NCBI GenBank assembly: GCA_002269645.1
Contig: NIVC01000957.1
Coordinates: 62,001-126,000 of the forward strand
Origin: Macrostomum lignano
Lineage: Eukaryota
DNA: 64,000 nt
Reading direction: 5' to 3'
Below, in pieces: positions 22,903-32,627 of this stretch (position 1 is its first letter; each line of letters begins with the position of its first letter). Under the pieces are notes generated by a model, which worked only from the letters and a program-made list of their open reading frames with translations, had not been told where the DNA came from and made no database searches. A program made the translations under genes and the position numbers.

Positions 22903-25737
22903 ATGATGTCCTTCGGAAAGTACCTCCGGCTCTTGTTCGGCTACGACGAGGAAGAGGCCCAAGACGATAGTTCAAGTAGCAGCGAATTTATGATTTCAGC
23001 ATCGATTGGAGGTGAGGCGAAACTGCGTCATCCGATCCGATATTTAAGACTCTATTCACTACATTGATTGATTGTTTGATTGATTGATTGATGGGTTGCC
23101 ATGCCATCTAACACCCATTGTACACAGTAGCAGCGGCCGCGGACAGTCCAGCGCTGGCCAGCAGCGGCGATGGCGACGGCCCTTTGACTTGCCTGCTGGA
23201 CAGCAGCCCGGCAGCGGCAGCGGCAAGTTCGGCGGCGTCGGCCAGAGGCGCGGAAGCGGCAGCGGCGGGTTCAGCGACAGTCAGAGGCACGAGTGCCGCA
23301 GCAACCGATCGCAACAAAAAATATGCCAAGCAGTGCCCTGTTCCGGGCTGCACCGCCCAGATGCGTGGAGACACGCTGAAGAGGCATTTTGCTGCGCGGC
23401 ATAAAGACTGGATCAAGCAACAGCATATCGACAGTGCCAACGAGGACGGCTGGTCTTTGGAAAGGCGTACGTCCTGGCTTTGGCGACTTTCCACCCTGCG
23501 ACCTGCGGCAGACTCTGTGGCTGTTGAGCAACAGGCAGCAAATCGTGCTCGCCGACGGGAACAGTACTGCGCCGACTGCAAGTGCTTTTATAGAGATACG
23601 ACAAAGCACGCAGCAAAGCACGCTAAAAAGCCAGCAGGTATGAGTCGCTGTCAATCTAAAATTGGAGCACATTGCTTTCAAAAGCTCACCCGTGACTTCA
23701 TTTTCGCACACCATCCATCCATAACTGCATACAGCCGATTCCTTGGCGCCTCTTGCCAAAGGCAGCAGCAGCAGCAGCCGCGACTCGGCGGCCTTGGCGG
23801 CGGATGCCAGCTGCGACTCGGCGGCGGATGCCAGCTGCGACTCGGCGGCGAATGCCAGCTGCGACTCGACGGCCTCGGCGGCGAATGCCAGCTGCGACTC
23901 GACGGCCTCGGCGGCGAATGCCAGCTGCGACTCGGCGGCCTCGGCGGCGAATGCCAGCTGCGACTCGGCGGCCTCGGCGGCGAATGCCAGCTGCGACTCG
24001 GCGGCCTCGGCGGCGAATGCCAGCTGCGACTCGGCGGCCTCGGCGGCGAATGCCAGCTGCGACTCGGCGGCCTCGGCGGCCTCGGCGGCGAATGCCAGCC
24101 GCGACTCGGCGGCCGTGAAGGCAGCGATCGCGGCGGGGGATGCTCTGGCCGTCATCAAGTTGCGCAGCAATTCCGAACTTTTGCGACAGTATCCCATCGA
24201 CGCACCGCTGCTGGCTCAGCTGAAGGTTCTGCAAGAGCTCCATTGGGATGACTCGACTGGCGTCCGCAATCCCGAGTACGACGGCCACACTGAAGCGCTG
24301 ATTGACACCTTGTCACTCGTATTGTCCGTTTGTTCAAAGATGGCAGAGGTGGCTGGTGTTGGCCTCCACGAGCGGGACTTGGTGTTCTGTCTGGCCGACC
24401 CGTCAGCAGCCGTCGCAGAGATTCGCGCCACCAGCAAGAGTTCTGGCACGGTTAGAAATCGGGCACAGGCCCTGATTCGGTGTACCCAGTACATGTTGGC
24501 ATACATCGTGCACGACCGACAACATCTGCAGTCGCTAATCGAACGCCTCGCGCTGCCGCCCGAGATTGCCGCCGACTTTGACAGCCGTTGCAACCTGCTA
24601 CAGAAGCGGTTGAAAACAGTCAGGCAGCGGCACGACTTTGAACGCCGGCTGGACGCTCCGTTGCACCACGACAAGAAGCAATGCAGACTGCTGACCCCCG
24701 TTGAGTGGCGCAAAATTCTCGACGACTACTCCGAGCTGGTCTCCGCCGGCCCCGACGTGCCCGCCGGACGTGGCTGCGCCGCCGGCTTCACTGCGATGCG
24801 CAACCGCTTCGCTCTTCACGCGACCGCGATGCATCCGCTGCGCGTTCGGCCGTGGCGCGGTCTCCGCGTAGCGCACATCCGGCCGGGTAGCGCCTGTCGC
24901 CGAGACAACGCGGAAAATGGCTATTCGACCATCCGGCTTCCCGGTCGCGAGGTGAGCCACAAGAAGATCGCCTCGGTCGGCTGCAGCGTCCTCACACTGC
25001 CGACGTCGTTCATCGACCTGCTGCTAGCCTGGCGCAGCAGTTGCATCGCCGCAGGCGACTTGCCCGCAGTGTCTAGCTCGCCGTTCGTCCTGTGCACTCT
25101 GCGAGGCGAGAAGCTGTCCGTCTCGACGTTTAGCCACTCTGTTGCAGCCTACGCCCAGCACCTGCTAGGTCGAGCCGGAGTCTGCCCGACCATCTTTCGC
25201 AGCTCAAAGCAGGACATAGCGGCGGCTGGCCGACCAGAGATGGCCGATCAGGTGGCCGCGCTTTTCGAGAATTCCGTGCCTATGATGATGAGGCACTACG
25301 CGACGAATGCCATGCTGGTTACCAGGACTAATGTTCAGGCCACAGTCGACCAGCTTGTCGCGCGGCGAGCCGCCTCCTCCTCGACGACTGCCAAGGCCTC
25401 CTCCGCCTCCACCAGCAAAACAACAGCAGCAGCAGCAGCAGCAGTCGTGCCAGCAGCCAAAGCTACACGCAGGTGCACCGCCGTCACCAATGCCGCATCC
25501 GGTCCAGCCGCCAGGACAGCAACTACGCCGACTGAAGTCTGCTTCGTGCCGTCGTTCTCGCAGCCCGTAACGCACGGTGAAGTACAGCTGATGCGATGCA
25601 AATCAAAGCGCAAAGCGGCCGCCGAAGCCAGGCTATCGTTGATGCAGGAGCAGCAGCAGAAGAAGAAAAAGAAGTCGAGTGCGGCGACGTCTGGCCCAGC
25701 CAGATGCACCGGATGTAAGCGGGGGGGGGCTAATTGA
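22903..25737 (+). CDS. Zinc-finger + tyrosine recombinase, join(22903..23011,23128..23637,23735..25737)
   Basis: Two phase-1 GT-AG introns join the ORFs in frame. CPVPGC...LKRHFAARH is C2H2-like. YR catalytic set: HPLRVRP (R), SHKKI (K), CPTIFRS (HxxR box), FENS (H/W position), MMRHYA (Tyr nucleophile). Confidence 0.82.
23780..24110 (+). repeat. 33-bp in-frame tandem repeat encoding ANASCDSAASA in the YR protein linker
   Basis: About eight GCGAATGCCAGCTGCGACTCGGCGGCCTCGGCG units plus shorter 24-bp variants. Confidence 0.92.
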
Positions 25738-25856
25738 CAGAGTGACGCAATAGCAGCAGCGCAATAGCAGAAGCAACAGACCTCTGTGTCGAAATGCGAC
25801 AGGTAGAAAAATTTCAATCAATCAGTTGTCAATTATTTATATCTAGGGCGCGCTTG

Positions 25857-25893
25857 AAATTGTGCCTGGCACCGGAGGTGCCAAGCACAATTT
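25857..25893. other. 17-bp-stem hairpin downstream of the YR stop
   Basis: AAATTGTGCCTGGCACC-GGA-GGTGCCAAGCACAATTT, 16 of 17 pairs perfect, built from the same motif found at the element ends. Confidence 0.85.
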
Positions 25894-26241
25894 CTTGCGC
25901 GACCCTTTGTCATAATAATTGTTTTGCCGCCGCCTATATATAACTATATAGCCATAGTTGATGCTGCAAGCGCGCTACCTGGATTAGCTAAATTGCTGCA
26001 AATTGTTATAGTTAATGCAATAATGTAAACTGAAAACTGAATCCTGTAATGCTTGTCTAATATATATATATTGTGCCACTTTTATTATGCCCATGCTCTG
26101 TTCTCCGTTTTCTCCGCTTTATTTTAACAACAATTTGATAGATTAATTAGGCGATAGGCATGTCTCGTATACTACACAGGCTAGCCAGATATAGCAACAA
26201 ATGAAACTTCCCCATAGCTATATATATCTACTTTTATAGAC

Positions 26242-26490
26242 ATTGTGCTAGGCACCAACAGTGAATTGTGCTACCTAACTTACTAGCTGCCAAATTTCTG
26301 CCACGTATATATTTACAATTCCTTCTATAGTTGCCGTTTTTATCCGCTTTGCCGCAGTTCTGCGCACTTCTATCTCCGCTTTGCCGCACTCATATGTTAC
26401 CAATGTATAGCGCTTTGCCGCAGTTCTGCGCACTTCTATCTCCGCTTTGCCGCACTCATATGTTACCAATGTATAGCGCTTTGCCGCAGT
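26242..26490 (-). repeat. Right subterminal motif array of the YR element, including a 66-bp tandem repeat
   Basis: ATTGTGCTAGGCACC (26242-26256). 66-bp unit starting at 26346, 26412 and 26478 with repeated (T/A)CCGCTTTGCCGC, the reverse complement of the left-end motif. Confidence 0.85.
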
Positions 26491-27526
26491 TATCCGGCCT
26501 GTTTACCGCCGTGAAAGCCAAATGATATGGCAAACTTGAATGCAGCGAGTATATGAGAAAATATTGGCCCGGCGTTGCCGGCGTTGATATCAATGTTCCT
26601 AATATTAATCTAGCTTTCCAAAGACACTGGTTTCATAAGTATGGAGTAACCTACGTAAAAGATTACGACAGCTACTATAACTTTGCAGAAATCATTAGAC
26701 AATTGCGTTCAAAATCTCAAGTCGAAACTTAGTAGTTGTCATGAGGGAAGTTCTGGGACAAAAGAGAATAAATCCCCCACAGATCAACATCTAGTAAAAT
26801 CTATCTATACATAATGCTCTTACATTTAAAATTAGCTATCCCAATGCAATGCTTACAACCAATCATCTAAGGGGATAACATCAGTCTACCACCCTCCCCT
26901 CCCTAGGACAGCCAAAAAAATCAACATAATCTAAGGGCGAAAGGTAGCGGTATTTTCACTTAAGTTACAGGACTTATAATTAATAGTATGCAGCCAAAAA
27001 AACTGAAAGGCCAAAATCCTTTTCATTCTGGCCTTCACTCGAGGCCAAAATCCTTTTCATTTTGGCCTTCACCCGATGCCAAAATCGTTTGCATTCTGGC
27101 CTTGCGCAATGCCGAAATCCTTTGCATTCTAGCCTTCCCTCGAGACGGAATTCTTTCTCGGCTGGGCTCAGTTAAAGTGAAAATCTCTCTCTCCCCCCCA
27201 CACGCACTCTCTCTACCCCCATATCTTTCAAAAGTCTTCCCAATTCCTTGTTAGGAGCGCACAAAATAAACTCTGCTCCCGAGCCTCCGCCCTCTCTCCT
27301 CGTGCACCAGCCCTCTCTCCCTATGCACCCGCCCTCGGCGTCCATTCCCAACCCCAACTTTGTCATACCAAAAATAACCGCCTTGACTAATTTCCTAGCA
27401 ATCGACTCACGAAATCCGCTCGAAGATTGTATGTACAGCTTAGAACTTTCTGGAATTTTCAACTGCTAGCTGTATTTAAAGCCACACTACTAGAAGCTAA
27501 GTCAAGCACAATATAATTTTTAATGC

Positions 27527-28138
27527 ATGGCGTCTAAGGCCTCCGATATAGTTGAAAAATTAAAAGACATGTCGAAGAAAGATTCGCATTCGTTAGCGAT
27601 TGTAATTAACAATTTAGAGGACCGTCAGCGTACTGAGATCCTCCAAACTCTTCAACAAATTGACGAAAATACCTCAGAAAAGAAGAAGGAAAAAGCCGAA
27701 AAAGAGACTAGAAGCAAAGCAGAAGCCGAGGGTCGCTTCATTGGGCGGCTTAAAGCCAAGCTGGAAACGTTTGAGACGATCGTGGTAAAGACGAGATTTA
27801 CGAATGCGCGGGAACTATTAATGAAACCGCTTGACGATGACAATGATGACGATCTGAAGAATTACGTTCACAAGCTCGATATCTTCATTGGCGAGCTTGA
27901 GATTCTGAAATGCCTAGCCAATCGAGCGCAGGGCAATGCTGTGCTCCTGTCAGCAACACGACATGGCACGATTGCGAAGGCCGCCAGCAAGCTCAACATC
28001 AACGTGAAGAAGGCGGAAAGGGTCGCCAACTATGCCAAGTTTACACGACTCTATCCAAGCCTAGTATTTACTGGCTATAGTATGGATACCATACTAAACC
28101 GAAAGGCGGTCATTGAACGCGCAGCTCTAGAAGACTAG
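27527..28138 (+). CDS. Unknown Polinton-associated helical protein (family X, copy 1)
   Basis: 203-aa ORF. The C-terminal YAKFTRLYPSLVFTGYSMDTILNRKAVIERA resembles the C-termini of 36801-37430 and 53221-53855. Confidence 0.6.
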   Translation: MASKASDIVEKLKDMSKKDSHSLAIVINNLEDRQRTEILQTLQQIDENTSEKKKEKAEKETRSKAEAEGRFIGRLKAKLETFETIVVKTRFTNARELLMKPLDDDNDDDLKNYVHKLDIFIGELEILKCLANRAQGNAVLLSATRHGTIAKAASKLNINVKKAERVANYAKFTRLYPSLVFTGYSMDTILNRKAVIERAALED

Positions 28139-28688
28139 AACATGAGAAGCGCGATGGAGCTGGAGCCGGAAGATGTCCAATTTGACTATGAAGAAGAGGA
28201 AGAGGAGATCCTCTATAATGCATACGACGAATTTCTTGAGTGAATGCTTTTATTTTGATTTCGCGCCATTTCCTGTCTTAACAGGAATTCGCACGAATTC
28301 AACTGTGCAAAATAGCATTTTTCTGAGAAAGACTAGTGCGCAGTTGGATTCGCGCCATTTACTGTCTTTAAAGGACTTCGCACGAATTCAACTGTGCAAA
28401 AAAGCTTTTTTCTGAGAAAGACTAGTGACAGACTTGTGTTTGTTATGTGCGAATACTTTCGAAGTTAACCAACTTTTGACATAACAAAACAATAGACTGA
28501 GCACAGACTATCTTTTTGTGTCCGATTTTTTTGTGTTTTCAATCCTTTCACTAAATACTGGTTAGAAAAAAAATAATGCTTGGTCAGTCCAAAAAGCGTG
28601 AGGTTACCTACTAATAAAAAATATGACTAGAAAAAATATCCTAAAAATTCGAAATAGAACTGAAATAAAATATTGAGTTATTTTAACA

Positions 28689-29590
28689 TCACATTCTCTC
28701 AATGATCAACGTCAGTACAAACTCTTCACCGTTGAAATCAACACCCATCCCATCTTCAGTCTCAAACTGTAGCACAATCTCGTGAATCTCCTTATTACTC
28801 AATACAACTCTTTTCACTGGATTTGGTTTCTCTACCAGCATCTGTCCTTCAGCAACAGAGTTGGAGATATTGTACAAAATATTAGTTCGCTTTCCCTTAA
28901 ATACCCAATCAAGACTAAGATTACTTCTGATAAGAATATTTAAACTCTTTACAATATCTGCAATATTGGGTGCTAAGAACAAACCGCTTACACTTTCCCG
29001 GGCCATTCTAACAGTCCCCGACGTTTGAGTGGCGGGTGGGAGATGTGGGATACGGATCTCAGGTGGGAGATGGGGCTGGGTCCGCGCCGCGGATTCTACC
29101 TTATAAACTTTTTTCTCGAATCCCAATTCCCTATACCAAGTGTCATCTTTAAACTCAACCTCCGCATCTTTGTGAACTTGCATGACCACTCTCATTACAG
29201 TGAGGTCATAGGTTAGTTTTACAGGGAACATTTTTTATCTGGCTTACTCGCATCAGGTGTCTCGAAATGGCCTCTTTTAGTAAAGACGTTTTCTAGAAAG
29301 TAATTGTAGGCACTTTGCGTGCTAACATGGAATACCACAGGGTCTGCTGCTGCACCTTTCCATTTGTAATAAAACTTATTATTTGCTGCCGTCACATTGG
29401 GAACGTTTGACCAACCAGTGAAGTCGTTAAGATGGACATGGTAATTAGCACCTGGATCTAGGCGAATCGCCCGCTCTAATTTTTCAACAAATATCCCGTT
29501 TGAGTCATTAATTCGCCCGGTTATTGTAATAGGAATGCTCTCCTTAGAGTGTGAAACAATGTTGTTTAGTCTTTCAGCAATCGCTTCCAT
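28689..29590 (-). pseudogene. Polinton minor capsid (penton) protein, frameshifted near 29225
   Basis: N-terminal half ...AIRLDPGANYHVHLNDFTGWSNVPNVTAANNKFYY. C-terminal ...IVLQFETEDGMGVDFNGEEFVLTLIIE, a typical Polinton penton ending. Directly downstream of the major capsid gene. Confidence 0.78.
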
Positions 29591-29612
29591 TTTTTTCACC
29601 CACAAAAAATAT

Positions 29613-31351
29613 TTAAACTTTACTGGATGAGTTGTTGATCATGTTAAGCTTCACCTTCCTCTCAAATGCATAGATAATGTACAGGTCCACGTGTGTTGCG
29701 GCAGTCCTCTCAATGTTAGTCACGATATTCACAGGGCTGTTATCAGTAGGCATTTGTCTGGCAGACACATCAGCACCAAACATCGGATATAGAGTTCCAT
29801 ATTGAAGAGCAGTGATAGCAATTCCATTGTTCTCTTTCACAGCCAAGTCGACTGAAACGACAATTTATATGGGTTTTTCCCATATTATCGTTTCCTTCTG
29901 TAAACAGTTCAGGAAGACAACGAACAATGGACCTCGATGGTAACTTTCTCTGTGTGATCTCTAGAGTCACATTCTCAAACTTCAGGCGAGGATCTTTCCT
30001 CTTCAATTAGTATATTTTATAAGCTAGCACACTGTACGCGAGCAACGAGGAATGGGAGCAGTAGGGGGAGAGAGTGGGATTTCGAGGCCCAATAGGCAGT
30101 GTCGGTCAGAGGTTGTGCATGCATCACGCGAGGGTCGCATGGCTGGGCTTCTTGCTTGCCGATCATCAGGACTATTTTTAGGCATGCAGATCTTGTGCAT
30201 CTGGGGAGTTGCTGCCAAGGCTGGATGCTTGTTCACGCATCACGCGCGTGTCGGCTGATTTCTCCCATCCTCTTGCTAACGGCGCCTTCGTTTCACTTCA
30301 CGACCAACTCGCTGTAAAATTTGCTAATCTTGTTCTGACTGAAATATCCATTTTGTGGCAGTGCAGGGTAAAGATTATCACTGATTTCATGCTGAATGGA
30401 CCGAACGTCTCCATGCATGTAGCGTATAATGCTATTTGGGTTTCTCATGTTAATAATAATATACCTTGGATTGCTGCATGATCCCTCTTTAATGCAGATG
30501 TTTGTTCTAGTTTCGTTTCGCTCATCTCTACACATGTAGGCTGTGTATGCAACATCAATGTCCTTCTCTATTGCCTTGAGATAATCCGCTTTTAGTGCGG
30601 TCTTTGGCTCAATGACTTCCAAATACAGCTCGATTCCGGTTAGCTTCACCTCCATCCTTGTGTGGTCCGCCCCAGTCCACAACACTCTACTGCGATCATC
30701 TCTAGTCAGTCTAAATGTGTAGCTAAAGTTACTAGTCAGTCGATTAAATGTATTACAGAATCCACTCATGAATCTCAATGGTACAAATACATCAACAGAC
30801 CGATACAGCGGGTTCTTAGCAGCATCATCAGCACCTTGCAATGCATAGTTGTATCTCTTCTTCCTATTTTTATAGCCACTGTCATTGATATCTCCTTCTT
30901 TTTCATCTGCAATAAAACCCGCACCACTTCCCAACTGAATAAAATCAGGATTCTCGATCAAACAATGAGCGTCATAGACAATTCCAAAGTTGGCGATTCG
31001 CTCCAACTCTGTGCTCCCATTCGATACACTAAACTCCTTGAACATGTACGCCCAAAAGTTACTGATCAGAGCCACATCCGCATCATGCTTGTCAACGTTA
31101 GCACGAGCCGCATCCGCACCACCCTTTGTCTTGAATTGAAATGTCATATGGAAGCCGCTCTTAAGACTGTGCACACTAACCAAAGACGAACATCCATTGT
31201 ATGTAAATGTCAGTGTTTGACCAGGACCAAGATTAGTTTCATTCTGATTTTCCTGACTGGGAACTCTTACCTGAGTCGCTTTGATTGTGCTATCATCACT
31301 CAAAATAGGCTTGTTAATTTTGTAGAAAACTGGTGTCAGCGGGTCGTTCAT
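29613..31351 (-). pseudogene. Polinton major capsid protein (double jelly-roll), interrupted by a 448-bp insertion
   Basis: Removing 29853-30300 with one CGAC copy joins ...KFYSELV-DLAVKENNGIAITALQYGTLYPMFGADVS...DLYIIYAFERKV in frame. Size, gene position and the LYPxFxxDVS-type C-terminus fit a Polinton MCP. Confidence 0.8.
29853..30300. mobile_element. 448-bp TG...CA insertion (family L2; solo-LTR- or MITE-like) in the MCP gene
   Basis: Flanked by a CGAC duplication (29849-29852, 30301-30304). Starts TGAAACGA and has the inverted TCGTTTCA at 30288-30295. Confidence 0.82.
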
Positions 31352-31381
31352 TTTTTAACTAAAAATAAAATAAAATAAGAA

Positions 31382-32113
31382 ATGAAGCGAAAAAGTACAC
31401 AGCAGATATCTGAATTGGAGAAGCTAGCACAAGCAGAGAAACGAGTTACCGGGCTAATAAATAAGGAGCAACAATCCTACAATGAGTTTGTCCAGGCAGC
31501 CACAGAGTTTCATAAGCCTGGGTATGGAGAAGCTAAGAAAAATATTGATCAAGTCAAAGAAACTATCGACGACATACAGGAAACCCAGGTGAAAAAGGCT
31601 TTGGGAAAAATTCCAGAAGCACCACAGATACAGCCGCAACCACAGACACAACCGCAACCACAAAAACCACAACCACAACAATCACAACCACAACCACAAC
31701 TAAAAGTGACAGATAACATTTTTGGACCAGTAGAGCGTGTAGAACATGATGGGAAATATGTATTTGGAATAAGTATGTGGAGAAAAAATATTTATAATGA
31801 ACCAGTGGAATATTATATCGACATAAATAAGAAACATATTTCGGTTGTCAAAGGCTCGGAAACTAAGAGCATTCCTTTCACAGAAACGTTACTGAATTTT
31901 ATGACCAAGAACCAAGAGAGAATCTTGGACAAACAGCTAAAGAACTATAGAGATCTAGTGACTTTCGCTATTGCTAGAGATATAGAAATACTAAAGGCCC
32001 TAGAAGTCCTGAAACTTATGTATGATAACGGCGTCAACCTGACTAAATTCAAAAAGTACAAGCACTTTAAACAATGGTTTGATTTGCCAGATCAGGCGGA
32101 AGTCATAAAATAA
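31382..32113 (+). CDS. Unknown Polinton protein with a Gln/Pro-rich linker, divergent from MCP
   Basis: 243-aa ORF with an A-rich ATG context inside the structural module. Confidence 0.55.
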   Translation: MKRKSTQQISELEKLAQAEKRVTGLINKEQQSYNEFVQAATEFHKPGYGEAKKNIDQVKETIDDIQETQVKKALGKIPEAPQIQPQPQTQPQPQKPQPQQSQPQPQLKVTDNIFGPVERVEHDGKYVFGISMWRKNIYNEPVEYYIDINKKHISVVKGSETKSIPFTETLLNFMTKNQERILDKQLKNYRDLVTFAIARDIEILKALEVLKLMYDNGVNLTKFKKYKHFKQWFDLPDQAEVIK

Positions 32114-32627
32114 CTAGAACAACAACAACAACAGCAACAACAACAACCACAACCACAGCAGCAACATTCCACAGAAGAACAAGTACTCAGTCAACTCGAG
32201 CAGTTAGACCCTTTGAAAGTAGCTGAATATAAGAAACAAACCCAACAGACTGGCAACACTTAGAACAACACTCTCCAGATCGAATGAACAGAATCAAGCA
32301 AAGAGTTTTCACACCTCAACAAAGACAGGCACCACATGACAGTTCCATCTCTGAAAGTGAGCAGTCTTTTGCATCACCTCCCAGCAGCTACAAGCCCAAC
32401 CAACTCCACAACCCCAAGACCAACCGCCCTCAACTGGAAAAGGAATTTCTGAAATCTACAAGCGAGTAGCGGTTCTTCTAGGAGCGGCAAAGACCGGAAT
32501 GAAAGACGAGAATTGAGAAGAATTTGTCAACATCCTGGACAAAATGCTTGAGAGAAAATACATCGATAAGAGGGCGAGAGAGCTTCTGCTTCCGCGGTTC
32601 AACAAAAAATAATTTATTTCAAGTAAA

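Larger units (their letters stand above)
18451..26531 (+). mobile_element. ~8.08-kb tyrosine-recombinase element carrying a CRESS-like Rep/SF3 helicase (Crypton-like, unclassified)
   Basis: Boundaries are defined by the empty site GTACCGATGCAAACT in copies B and C. The filled site reads CCGATGC|TATCTT...GATATGGC|AAACTT, with only a GC overlap. It contains YR and Rep genes and inverted subterminal motif arrays. Confidence 0.87.
18172..27425 (+). mobile_element. Polinton copy A, left-end segment (18172-18450 + 26532-~27425), split by the 8-kb YR element
   Basis: The two pieces rejoin into a near-exact reverse complement of copy C (~51410-52550). They contain the subterminal small ORF MFPVVSPGSYY...KYRC|KLECSEY and the 3' half of the PLA2 gene. 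Confidence 0.9.

Noticed and set aside
18451-26531. Endogenous CRESS virus genome
   Set aside because: No capsid gene or nonanucleotide stem-loop was seen, the size is too large, and the ends and YR gene point to a recombinase-mobilised element.
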